Shown in pieces: positions 10,092 through 19,697 of a stretch of 64,000 nucleotides of DNA. Each line of letters opens with the position of its first letter. Position 1 is the first letter of the stretch. Made by a program: the position numbers and the translations under genes. The notes under the pieces were generated by a model. The model was not told where the DNA came from and ran no database searches. It saw only the letters and a list, made by a program, of their open reading frames with translations. This DNA is from Phycisphaerae bacterium. Lineage in GTDB: Bacteria > Planctomycetota > Phycisphaerae > UBA1845. The stretch spans positions 1,824,001 through 1,888,000 of the forward strand of contig CAXXGO010000006.1 in NCBI GenBank assembly GCA_963666835.2. The letters are read 5' to 3'.

Positions 10092-10134
10092 CCCCGCGGT
10101 CCCCGCCCGCGGGGGGGGGCGTCCAAAAGGACCC
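10092..10134 (-). other. Putative lambda-like cos site (cosQ plus cosN-like 12-mer)
   Basis: Minus strand GGGTCCT (10134-10128), 19 nt, GGGCGGGGACCG (10108-10097). Lambda has cosQ GGGTCCT and cohesive end GGGCGGCGACCT (10/12 match). Confidence 0.55.
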
Positions 10135-10150
10135 GAACCGCTCTCCCGGC

Positions 10151-10242
10151 GGTGACACTACCCCCTGAAACCGCCTTCGCCGGTGCCACTACCCTCTGTC
10201 TGTGGCCCCAATTGAGGGTTGTGTCACTGTCACCAGTGTCAC
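10151..10242. repeat. Iteron-like GTGNCAC repeats
   Basis: GGTG(A/C)CACTACCC at 10151 and 10182; GTGTCAC at 10221 and 10236; TGTCAC at 10228. Confidence 0.55.
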
Positions 10243-10581
10243 CTACAAGTCGTTTCCCCCGCTCTCTCGCTGTGTGTCTGATCCGAACCGGTGGATTCCG
10301 GATCATGTGAGGATGCGTGAACCTTCGGCCGGTCAGTGGATCGCGACTACCAGTGCGACCGGCACTACGGAGCTTCGGGCGTCTCCGGAAAACACGCCGG
10401 ATCGCATCAAAGCGATCTCTGGTTCATTTGGCCGGAAAGCGGGGTCCTTAGACTCTGCTTCCCCGGACTGCGGGGCGGGATAGCGCGCGGACGATAAACG
10501 TGCGCTTCGCACAAGAACTTGTCCGAATCTGGCGGTTTCTGGGCTCAGAATCGGTGTTTTTTCGTGTTTAAACGCCTATGG

Positions 10582-10628
10582 GCGGTTTCCTAAACCGGGG
10601 GTCGCAGGTTCGAGTCCTGCCGGGCGCA
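10582..10628 (+). mobile_element. 3' fragment of tRNA-Arg(CCT): probable att site of an integrated element
   Basis: Anticodon arm CGGT-TTCCTAA-ACCG, T-arm GCAGG-TTCGAGT-CCTGC, acceptor 3' strand CGGGCGC-A; no matching 5' strand (GCGCCCG) or D-arm upstream. Confidence 0.8.
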
Positions 10629-10827
10629 GTTTGACTGGGCTTGTAACCCTTTTCAATCGCGACAGTTACAGCGTTCTGCTTTTCTGGGGCAACTGACGAG
10701 GTTTTGTCAGCAGATGTCCCTGATGCGCACGGGTTGCCGGAATCCGGTACAATTGCTGGTAGAAGCGAAGCCGGTCTGTTCTCAGGGGGGCGATCCGTCC
10801 GGGCGTGGTCGGCCGGCGCTTTGTTCC

Positions 10828-11562
10828 TCACTCCGTTTTCGTGAACCAGAACCGTGCCAGTCTCTCGTCTCCGCGGCTGCGAGGCGTGTCACTTGGCCGG
10901 TAGACAAACCCGACTGGGTCAAACCATCCCAGCCATCCGGCGCGAAAGAAGATCACACCGGTTCCCCAATCAGAGATGTCATGCACTTCATACAGCCCGA
11001 TCCACCCTTGCAGGGTCTTCGGGTCCGCTCCCGACTGGATCTGCTGCACTGCCCGGGCGAACGCGGGTCGGCTGAGGTGGAACCGCCCTCGCAACGGCCA
11101 GGACCAGAGATGCACGGACAGGATCAAGGTGAGAAACAACGGCAAGACGCTCCACCGCCAACCGCGCCCCTGGGTCCTTTCTCCCCGGTCGAGCAACGCT
11201 CGGGCGCGATCGGTCCGCACGGCCACGCTGCGTCCGAAGTAATCGAGAGCCAGGACGCAGACGGTCGCCCCTGCGACCGGGATGATCAGGCACGCGCCAA
11301 AGTCCAGGGAGCCGGACAACCCTCCGGGTCCGCCGGACCAATAGACGTAGAGCGCGCCGGCAACAGCAAGAACGGGAGCTTGCCATCTAGGCGGGGCCTG
11401 CGGTCGAAACGGCCATGGCCACTTTGCTGATCCGTCTTGGTATGTCGTGGGATCATCCGGAATGAACGCCCGCCCACATTCCGGGCAGACCGCCTCCGGC
11501 AACCCGCGAAGGGCGTATCCACAACCGAGGCAGTAAGCGGTATCGGGAGCTTCGCCGGTCAT
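10828..11562 (-). CDS. Membrane protein with N-terminal zinc ribbon
   Basis: CLGCGYALRGLPEAVCPECG plus about 3 hydrophobic segments; start overlaps the upstream stop (ATGA). Confidence 0.8.
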   Translation of the reverse strand: MTGEAPDTAYCLGCGYALRGLPEAVCPECGRAFIPDDPTTYQDGSAKWPWPFRPQAPPRWQAPVLAVAGALYVYWSGGPGGLSGSLDFGACLIIPVAGATVCVLALDYFGRSVAVRTDRARALLDRGERTQGRGWRWSVLPLFLTLILSVHLWSWPLRGRFHLSRPAFARAVQQIQSGADPKTLQGWIGLYEVHDISDWGTGVIFFRAGWLGWFDPVGFVYRPSDTPRSRGDERLARFWFTKTE

Positions 11563-12536
11563 CTTGTTGTTGGAGCAGGTTCACTCCCTCCGCCGTCCGA
11601 TGTTGCTCCGTCCGTGCCGTCTCTCCAGTTGTAGTATTCCGTCGCCAGCCAATCATTGATAGGCTCTCGCCTTCGAATCGAACTCCGGATTCGGTCCAGG
11701 ATGCCAGGGTGATCGTCCAGAAACTGCATGTAGTCGGCATTATACTCGGCGGAGCTTCGACAGAGATCAGGGCCGGTTCCCCGCCAGCCTTGCATACCTT
11801 CTTCGTCGGAACCGTTGCAGACCCAGTTGTGTGGGCATTCTTCGCGCGGATCGAGGAGCGGTGTCAGTACGCTTGTTAGCTCCCGGTTCTTCTCAAGACC
11901 CCCGGATATCTCAAACAGCACCGGGCCGCCAAATGGAAGTCCGAATTGATGGCGGACGCGGAATTCACGCCGGCAACACTCGGAGCACTGCCACGCTTCG
12001 GTAATCCTGATGTATCCGAGAAGCCCGGCGACCAGAACGACTGCCAGCAGCCACGCCGGTAGGACTATGCGCCAGGGCAGCGCCTTGATGGGATGACAAG
12101 AAGAGGGCACTTCAGCCGCAGGCTCTCTTATCGGCGTGCCGCATTCGGGGCAGATTCCGCTAACGTTCCCGGTGAGGTTGTAGCGGCACCGCGAGCAGAG
12201 ATTCACGGCCGACGCCTTGGCTCCAACCACCGCGAGTAGGTATTGAGCCAGAAACGGGCCAGCGAATGCCAGGGCGAGAAGGGTGAATCCGGCGATCGGC
12301 CCGAGCAGACGCAATGTCTTGTAGTCGAAAAACGAGCGAAGAGTGCCGTCAGATCTGCCCAACTCTACCCCCGTAAGAACGAGAAAGGCTATGGCCGCAT
12401 AGTAGATTATGATCGCGGTGCGCCGGCGACTCATGACCGCGCCGCATCTTCGCCGCCCGACCACGAAAGCGATGAGGGGGCATAACGCCAGAGCGGCAAG
12501 ACATGCGAGAAACGAGATCAACACAAACAGCATCAC
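11559..12536 (-). CDS. Membrane protein with internal zinc ribbon
   Basis: About 4 TM segments; CSRCRYNLTGNVSGICPECG; further CSECC and CPH motifs. Confidence 0.75.
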   Translation of the reverse strand: MMLFVLISFLACLAALALCPLIAFVVGRRRCGAVMSRRRTAIIIYYAAIAFLVLTGVELGRSDGTLRSFFDYKTLRLLGPIAGFTLLALAFAGPFLAQYLLAVVGAKASAVNLCSRCRYNLTGNVSGICPECGTPIREPAAEVPSSCHPIKALPWRIVLPAWLLAVVLVAGLLGYIRITEAWQCSECCRREFRVRHQFGLPFGGPVLFEISGGLEKNRELTSVLTPLLDPREECPHNWVCNGSDEEGMQGWRGTGPDLCRSSAEYNADYMQFLDDHPGILDRIRSSIRRREPINDWLATEYYNWRDGTDGATSDGGGSEPAPTTR

Positions 12537-12944
12537 GATAGCGTTTCCTCGTCGTCAATGGGCATGCAACGTCCGCCCGACCCAATCCGCATCAGATTAT
12601 AGCCAGTCCCCGACGAGGTTTCGAATGGCGAAACGGTACGAACGTGTCGTGGGTGCAGGATCGTGCCTCGACCGTGCCGTAAGTTAAGCCCCTTGGGGCG
12701 ACAGGTTCTCGAGCCCCACGGCGTAAGCCTGGGGGACTGTGCGGTGGCCTCGCGCCAAGCCCCTACCTGTGGGCGGCAGAAGGCATCGAGGCATCGATCG
12801 GACGCCGGTGATTCAACGTCATACGGCGGCACGATGGCGAGCGCCGAGACTTCCTCGATCATCGAAGTGCCGCCCTGACGGGCTGGTTCCGCGAGACACG
12901 CGCGTGGCACGTTTTCGTGCGATTCGGCCCATTGTGGCCTTGAT

Positions 12945-12975
12945 GGCAGGTCTCGTACCTCGACCATGCCCTACC
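12945..12975 (-). repeat. GTAG-type REP element (family B); related copies near 12655, 14926, 21346 and in the 22.9-23.2 kb array
   Basis: ggcaggtctcgtacctcgaccatgccctac. Confidence 0.75.
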
Positions 12976-13004
12976 CAACTCCCCGGTGGACATTCCGCAA
13001 GCGA

Positions 13005-14375
13005 TCATAGTTCGACCCGCAAGCGCAGCCCGGCCACGAATGCGTTGCGATCTCCTTTATCACCTCCGGCGTTGGCAATGAACTGCAGGTCCGGCGAAAT
13101 CACGCACCACGGAGTCGCCTGGATGGAGTAGTAAAGCTCGTAGACCGTTTCGCGGTCGGCTCGGTCATGAATCTCGTCGTGATACTGGTTCGAGAGGATC
13201 GCCTGGGCTATGCCCAGTCCGAGCGTGTCCTTGTCGCGACCGGAGATCAGCCCTACATACTGCGCCCCGCAGGACCAAAAGTGCTCGATTTTGTTTACGT
13301 CGCCGCGTGCGAATCCGTACCGGGCGAAAACGGAGGCACCCTGTTTGTCCTTCGGGTCATCGTTCTCCTTCCAGACCATCTGATCACAGCCGAAGTAGTA
13401 CCCGACGTCGCCGGACCGCGACCGTGGGGCCAGCAGACCGCCGAGGTCGTCTCGGAAGATGCTCTGCGGATGCGGGCGGTACCACGAGCCGAACCGATAG
13501 TGCCCGGCCAGCTTGCCGTTGGCCGATTCGAACTTCGGGGCGAGTCCGATCTCCGCGAAGAGACGGATGCGGTCCTCGCCGTGAAACGCCGTGTCGAACC
13601 CCGTTCGGCGGTCCCGCGCCTCGGGGTCCATGGCCGCCGCACAGATGTATAGCCAGTCGGTTGCCCATACGTTCACGAACGCGCCCAGCGCAGTCTTGTG
13701 AGGAATCGTCGGGTTCCTCACCAGGGCGGTGTTCATGAACTGCTTATCCTCGCTGCCGGCCACCATGTTCACGTCGATGAAGTCCTTGTCCGTCCCGATT
13801 TGCCCGAGGACAAACTTGACCCGATCATCCAAGAGGCGTTGCTTCCACCACCACTTGTCGACGTAGATCGGCTCCTCCGTCTTTGCGTCCTGATTGGTTT
13901 TGAACAGCGCGCCGATTTTCTCCTTGTCGAAGTCGCTGGAATCTCCGCCCGAGGTGCCCTTGGCCTGGAAGTAGATCTCACCACCGGGTATGAGGTTCAT
14001 CTTGCCGAGGTCGAGGTAGATCTTGAGATCGTAGCAGGCCGCGGAATCATGCCCGTTCTTCGTCTCCAGCCCGCCGTACATGTTGGTCATCAACTGAGTC
14101 GTGCTCCGCAGCGCGAAGGAAATGCCCGCGTCCTCCAGATCGGTTCGGAGCCCGCCCCAGTCACCGGTGAGCTTCTTCGCGGTCCAAGGGTCATAGGGTT
14201 TGCGGGCCGGGATGGTGGCTGCCGGCTGCTCGGCCCGTTCGACCTTAGTCGCCGGCTCGCTGTTCTGGTCGCCCGGTTCCTGCCTGGCATCGGCCAGCGC
14301 GTTCGTCGCTCCAAACACCAAAAGGCACGCAAACCCTGTTACCAACAGGCCCATTACCCACCGTGTTTCGGTCAT
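13005..14375 (-). CDS. Carbohydrate-selective porin, OprB family
   Basis: Signal peptide MTETRW...ALA; KLTGDWGGLRTDLEDAGI; ETVYELYY...ISPDLQFI...AGLRLRVEL. Confidence 0.92.
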   Translation of the reverse strand: MTETRWVMGLLVTGFACLLVFGATNALADARQEPGDQNSEPATKVERAEQPAATIPARKPYDPWTAKKLTGDWGGLRTDLEDAGISFALRSTTQLMTNMYGGLETKNGHDSAACYDLKIYLDLGKMNLIPGGEIYFQAKGTSGGDSSDFDKEKIGALFKTNQDAKTEEPIYVDKWWWKQRLLDDRVKFVLGQIGTDKDFIDVNMVAGSEDKQFMNTALVRNPTIPHKTALGAFVNVWATDWLYICAAAMDPEARDRRTGFDTAFHGEDRIRLFAEIGLAPKFESANGKLAGHYRFGSWYRPHPQSIFRDDLGGLLAPRSRSGDVGYYFGCDQMVWKENDDPKDKQGASVFARYGFARGDVNKIEHFWSCGAQYVGLISGRDKDTLGLGIAQAILSNQYHDEIHDRADRETVYELYYSIQATPWCVISPDLQFIANAGGDKGDRNAFVAGLRLRVEL

Positions 14376-14881
14376 CGTTCGACTCCGTTCGCCCCGCTGC
14401 GCCCCGTTTCGTAGGCACCGCCCCGTTTGGTCCGGATGTTCGGTATGTCCGCCGGAACCAAGGGGAACGCAATGCCCGCCAAGTACCGTGGACCATGGCG
14501 TCCTATAATCTACCCTCAGGGGCGAACCACGGCCTTTCAAGTCAGCCCAGATCTAGGTGATCGCCCGCACTTCCAAATCGCCGTCCGGCAAGGAATACCG
14601 CCCGACCGTAGAGCAACTTATGGCCGAAATACACTTCAAATGCAACCTCGTGGCAAGGAAATGGAAAATCACAGCCCTTCGGCGACCGTTTCCGTGCGCC
14701 CATGGTCGATGTGAAGCCGAGAGCGTCTGCCCATGCCGCATGCGCCGGCTGTTACGCGGTTTCGATGGTCTATTAACGCGCAGTGACGGGGGATTGATGG
14801 GGGCGCTGCGACGCAGAAGGACTCTCCCCAGCTCCTCTTTGGTGAGGAGGAAGAGACGTGACTGCCCTCTCGGAAACGGGA

Positions 14882-16174
14882 CTAGTTTGTCGTCGCACGG
14901 GCAACTCGCCCGCTAGCAGTGGTTGCGGCAGGTCTCGTTTCTCGACCATGCCCCACAAGGCCGACTTCATTCTCCCGGATCAGCTCGAGCAGAACGGTTT
15001 TGGCTTGCCGGAGTTGTTCATCGTGTCCGGCAGTGTACGGGAGGCTCCTTTCAACCATGATGTCCGGATTGGTGGGGTGTCCTTCAAGCGCAAAGCGGTC
15101 GCCGGGCAACATGATTAAGCCGTCGGATCCGATACGCCGGAACCCGCCTACGGAAATAACATGCCCCGGCGTTGGAGTGCCGAGCAGAGGGGCAACGTCA
15201 TGTCGCTGAACGGCGTCGACCACAATCTCTTTAGCGCTGCGGGTCCCGTCGGCGACCAGGATGACCGCCGGTCTGGTCCAGCATTCGTCGGGGTCGCGAC
15301 CGTCCTTGGGGCGGCTGGAGCCGAAGAAGAACCGCATGGCCGGGGTGGACACCCCGCCGAATCCGTCACGATAATCGAGCAACAAACCATCAACCTCGTC
15401 TTGCAGGTCCAACAGTTGGCGGTACTCGCCGCCTCCGCCGAGCAGGCTCCAGCCGTGCAGATAAGCGAAGCGATGACCTTCGTGTTCAATAACGCGAATG
15501 CTACGCCGGATTGCCCGCTGCACGGCATCATGCAGCGATTCTCGCACCGGAATAATCTCGACGTTCAAGACCAAGCCCGGTTTGCGACGGACCCGGACGG
15601 TGACCGGCTTGCCCGCCTTGCCGCTAAAGCTGCCGATCGGCTCGAATGGCCGGCCGTCAACCGAAAGGAGCTCATCGCCGACTCTGAGGGCGGAATCGGT
15701 AGCCGCGGACCCTTCGAGGATCCCGCGTACGAACCAGTTTCCGTCTATTCGTTCGGTCATCAGTCCGATGTGATCCGCATGGGATTCCGACCCGCCGCCG
15801 AAGGCCGATCGCAGGTGCCAGAAGAACCAGTCTTGATCCGTGTAGTAGTGGAAATGTGATAGGCCGGTTGCCCCGAATAGGGCGTTGACGGCCTCGGCAA
15901 ACTCCTGATGGTTGAGCGTTCGCTCTATCAGCGGGCGGTGGAGGGCTACGAGATCGCGCCAACGTTGCCGGCCGATGAGGTTCGGGGCGTTCGATTTGTC
16001 TACCAGTCTGATTACGCGATCCAGGCGGCGTTGGATCTCCGTCTGTTCCGATGGGGCGGTTGCGGCGGCGTTCTTCTCCGGGATCAGCCGGGCTTGTGCG
16101 CCAGGCACCCCGGCCGTGAGTCCGATGATAACTGCGAAGCAGAGACTCCACCGTAGTTGCCAATCTGTTCTCAT
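14882..16174 (-). CDS. S41 family peptidase with PDZ domain
   Basis: Signal peptide; PDZ GSAA..LRVGDELLSVDG; LLLDYRDGFGG; catalytic TRSAKE; GTPTPGHV. Confidence 0.88.
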   Translation of the reverse strand: MRTDWQLRWSLCFAVIIGLTAGVPGAQARLIPEKNAAATAPSEQTEIQRRLDRVIRLVDKSNAPNLIGRQRWRDLVALHRPLIERTLNHQEFAEAVNALFGATGLSHFHYYTDQDWFFWHLRSAFGGGSESHADHIGLMTERIDGNWFVRGILEGSAATDSALRVGDELLSVDGRPFEPIGSFSGKAGKPVTVRVRRKPGLVLNVEIIPVRESLHDAVQRAIRRSIRVIEHEGHRFAYLHGWSLLGGGGEYRQLLDLQDEVDGLLLDYRDGFGGVSTPAMRFFFGSSRPKDGRDPDECWTRPAVILVADGTRSAKEIVVDAVQRHDVAPLLGTPTPGHVISVGGFRRIGSDGLIMLPGDRFALEGHPTNPDIMVERSLPYTAGHDEQLRQAKTVLLELIRENEVGLVGHGRETRPAATTASGRVARATTN

Positions 16175-16553
16175 GGTATGTTTCCCTGTTGTACAGTCGC
16201 GCCGCTGCGCGCCGTCTGAAGCACCCATCTGAAGCGGGCCGGCCTTCGCCGTTGTCGCCCCCGGCGCGATACTATCAAGTCGATGGCGTTTGGTGCAGTA
16301 CCCTGCCCCGTTTCAAACGCCGTATCATCAATCCAGACTATCCTTCGGACGACCGCTCATGTGTTGGGTTGTCGCACAATCCTGTGTTTATTTGTCTGTC
16401 GCTTAGCATCAAGCAATCCTGCACGGCGTGGCGAGCTCGGCCGGTGGTGGGCGTGTACCTTTTTTAGTCGGAGCAAAGCGTTGCGGTCAGGATCCACCCG
16501 CACACACCTGCGGACTGCGGCGACAGCCGACGGACCTCGTATATCGATCCGGC

Positions 16554-19175
16554 CTACGGCCACGCGAGGCTCGTCTGATACGCGGCCCAATCGAATAGAT
16601 CGCAGTCGCCGTCGCTGTCGAAGTCTGCCAGGGCGCAGCAACGATTCTCATAGAGCGTCGGCATACAGGGCGGGTCCGCACAAGGGGCGGTGGCACACGC
16701 GGCGATGCCGAGCCAATCATCCAGATCGATTGAGCTGTCACCGTCGATGTCCCCTATCTCGCATTCGTCGGGGGTTTCGTTGAGGTTGCAGTCCAGGCTG
16801 GTTCCTCTCGACCGATAGGTGACGACGACGGATACATAGGTCTCGTTGGAACATCCTTCGGGGTTCACTGCGTCGGTTGGCACCAGGTGGATCACCGCGT
16901 CATTGTCGTTGACGATACTCTCGAACACGTCGGGGGCGATGATCAACTCGTCGGTATCAGGAGTGGCGGGGCAGTCCGTCAGATCGCCGGTGAAGACCGC
17001 GCCGACGGTCGTTCCGTTGATATCCACGTTGATGCACTCGCCTGCTCCGCCGGCTAAGTCGGCGTAGGCGGTGAACGAGAGGGTCACGTCGGTGTCAGGT
17101 GGTGGGGGATCATCGAGCGTGAAGGACTGCTCCGCTCCCACCCCGATCGGCGAGAGCCGGCCCGAAGATACGCGAAAATCGTGGCCGACATCACATTCAT
17201 CCGGTGAACCGTTGTTGTTGCAATCCGGGCTCAAGGCCGTGGATATGTCACACTCGTCGGGAACGTCGTTGCCGTTGCAGTCGGAGGCGGTTCCCGCAGT
17301 CTCGTGGTGAACTGTAACGGTGATGAACGACGGCACCATGCAGTAGTCGGCGGTGACCCACTGAGTTGGCGCCATGCGGATTACGACCTCGCCGTCGTCA
17401 TTGGCGGCGTTGTTGAATGTCTCGGCGGGGACGACGAGCCTCTCGATGTCCGGCTCCGTCGGGCAGTCGTGAGCCCCGCTTACGAAGATGCTCCCGACCT
17501 GCCGGCGGTCGATGAAGATGTCGATCGCCTCCGCAGGGTCGCCGAGAAGATCGGCGGACGCGGAGAAAGACAGAACTACGTCGTCGATCGCCGGCGGGGG
17601 AGCAACAATCGTATGGCTCTGTTCGAAACCGTCTCCGATAGGGGAGAACACTGGAGATGTTTCAAGGAAGATGCCCCCGAACTCGCACTCGTCGGGGGTG
17701 CTGTTGAAGTTGCAGTCCTGGCTTTCGGCCGATGATAGATCGCATTCATCGGGGACTCTGTTGCGGTTGCAGTCCGAGCAACTGCCGTCACCGATTTCCA
17801 CATAATCCCAGATGTCGTTTTCATTGCAGTCCTTCAGGACAACTCCCAAGGCCTTGATACAGAAGTTAGCCGTGTGGTCCCATGAACTGTTGTCGAATTC
17901 GTACTCATACAGGTCCCGCCAGGTCGTACCCACTCGGTAGTAGCTCTCGCCCGGGCCGGACGCGGACTGTACGATAGTGCGGTAGTGCGCCCCCAGAAGC
18001 ACGGGGACATTGGACGTTCGATCGAACGGCTGCCCGCCGGCGGAGAGTTCCAGATAGACGTAGAAGTCGTCGCCTGCGAGAACCTCCAGCGGTTCGGGAA
18101 GGTCTACCGTGTGGAAACCGCGACGGGCGATGGTGTCGGTGATGGACGACAGTTCGCCGGTCAAGACGCCGTCTTCGAACTGATCGAAGACCTTAACCGT
18201 GAAGCTGACGGCGTCCTCGGCGGTGTAGAAACTGACGGCCTGCAGCAGCTCGTTCTCGGCTGCCGAGAACGCGTTGAAGGCGGTGGAGACGTCGGTCATC
18301 GTATCGCGCCAGCCGTGATAATCGTGATAATGGAAGACGTTGTACGAAGAACGCTCCACTCCGGAAAAAGACACGGCTCCCATTTCGGGTTCCGTTGCCG
18401 CCCATTTGTCATAGTAGGAGATCCAGAAGTACCCGTCGAGGCCCCAGTTTACCCCCCAACTGTTCTTGCACAGCCACGCTCCGCGGTACCAAGCCTGTGT
18501 CAACTTATTGTCATCCCAGCCGACGATGGCGACGGCGTGGTTCGGCGGGGTAGCGTCGGACGGTGATTGGTAGTGAACGAAGTCGGAATTAATGAACTGG
18601 CTATTGTAGGCCAGGCACGTGCCGATGACTCCGTTTCTCATCAGAGCGGACTTGACCACGGCCATGCCGCTGTTGTCTATCCCGATGGTGAGCCACTCGA
18701 TGTCGCGAACGTAATAGTAATGATAACCGGGATCCGACCGGGGAGGGGCCGGGTCATACTGCCCGCCGTCCGACTCGCGGACCGCGCCTTCTCCCCGGCT
18801 CAGGTAGGCGGCGGTCATGAGGTAGTCACCGCCCTGATGTACCTGGAGCCCGCCGCCGGTGGGCGGATTGGTGTCATCGTTGTTGTCGCGGTTGAAGCCG
18901 TTCCACCAATCGAGATGATACTCGGCCAGGTCCGGTACGCCCGGCTCCCCGGCGATCAGCCAGGCATCCGTCATAAGGAGGTTCCCCTCCATGGCCGCCA
19001 TGGCCCCGTGCGTCCAGCAGGTACCGCCCGTTTGGTCTTTGACGGGCGTCACATAGTTGACACCGTCGACGTCCCGCAGGTCGAACGCGGACGGCAGGTC
19101 GTCGGCCGCAGTGTGCGCGGCGGCCACCACGGGTGCAAACATTAGGAACGTTCGGATTCGGAAAGCGGTTCTCAT
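16554..19175 (-). CDS. Secreted C1A (papain-like) cysteine peptidase with lectin-like domain, Cys/Asp repeats and dockerin-like tail
   Basis: [26 protein letters not shown]; DCNxNxxPDEC repeats; GDIDGD and DFDSDGD at the C-terminus; start 19175 or 19181. Confidence 0.92.
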   Translation of the reverse strand: MRTAFRIRTFLMFAPVVAAAHTAADDLPSAFDLRDVDGVNYVTPVKDQTGGTCWTHGAMAAMEGNLLMTDAWLIAGEPGVPDLAEYHLDWWNGFNRDNNDDTNPPTGGGLQVHQGGDYLMTAAYLSRGEGAVRESDGGQYDPAPPRSDPGYHYYYVRDIEWLTIGIDNSGMAVVKSALMRNGVIGTCLAYNSQFINSDFVHYQSPSDATPPNHAVAIVGWDDNKLTQAWYRGAWLCKNSWGVNWGLDGYFWISYYDKWAATEPEMGAVSFSGVERSSYNVFHYHDYHGWRDTMTDVSTAFNAFSAAENELLQAVSFYTAEDAVSFTVKVFDQFEDGVLTGELSSITDTIARRGFHTVDLPEPLEVLAGDDFYVYLELSAGGQPFDRTSNVPVLLGAHYRTIVQSASGPGESYYRVGTTWRDLYEYEFDNSSWDHTANFCIKALGVVLKDCNENDIWDYVEIGDGSCSDCNRNRVPDECDLSSAESQDCNFNSTPDECEFGGIFLETSPVFSPIGDGFEQSHTIVAPPPAIDDVVLSFSASADLLGDPAEAIDIFIDRRQVGSIFVSGAHDCPTEPDIERLVVPAETFNNAANDDGEVVIRMAPTQWVTADYCMVPSFITVTVHHETAGTASDCNGNDVPDECDISTALSPDCNNNGSPDECDVGHDFRVSSGRLSPIGVGAEQSFTLDDPPPPDTDVTLSFTAYADLAGGAGECINVDINGTTVGAVFTGDLTDCPATPDTDELIIAPDVFESIVNDNDAVIHLVPTDAVNPEGCSNETYVSVVVTYRSRGTSLDCNLNETPDECEIGDIDGDSSIDLDDWLGIAACATAPCADPPCMPTLYENRCCALADFDSDGDCDLFDWAAYQTSLAWP

Positions 19176-19697
19176 CGTCATATCCCCCAAAGATGATTGA
19201 TGCGTCGCTGCGCAGTCACCCCTTGCCGACGGCGGGTCGCCCACGCCGCCCGGCGAGAGCGGATCTGCGCACGTTCGAACCGCGGCTCGCCTGACTTGCC
19301 GAAAGGGCCACCACCCCCGCAGAAGACCCTTCGACCCCAACCATCGAGCCGAGCGTCTATTATATAGCAGAACGCGGGCGACGCGAGAGATTTCCCCGAG
19401 ATTGAGGGGCAGCGGCGAAATCGTCGTGCCCCGGAAAAGCCTTCGCATGACGGAACCGAATCAAGCAAGGCTCTGGTGGGCGCTTACCGCGCAAAGGCCA
19501 AGCGTGATTCGCCCGCAGAGGCCCAGCCCCCGCTGAAACAGCCCTGGCGGTGTCATGAAACGGGGTGGTTCCCGTGTCCCCGGGGCGGGGGCGATTCCGC
19601 CGAGGCAAGCGTTGGCTACATTGCGAACAAAAAAGACAGCCCGACGTCACAGGCAGCCTCGCAGCGCAGCCATCCGCACGTAACGCAGGCTTCCTGC

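Noticed and set aside
10582..10628. Functional tRNA-Arg gene
   Set aside because: The 5' acceptor strand and D-arm are missing; treated as an att remnant.
7100..10628. Complete prophage
   Set aside because: No large terminase, portal, capsid, tail or integrase genes in the window.
12533..12967. 144-aa ORF between the porin and zinc-ribbon genes
   Set aside because: Runs through REP remnants and has no protein-like motifs.
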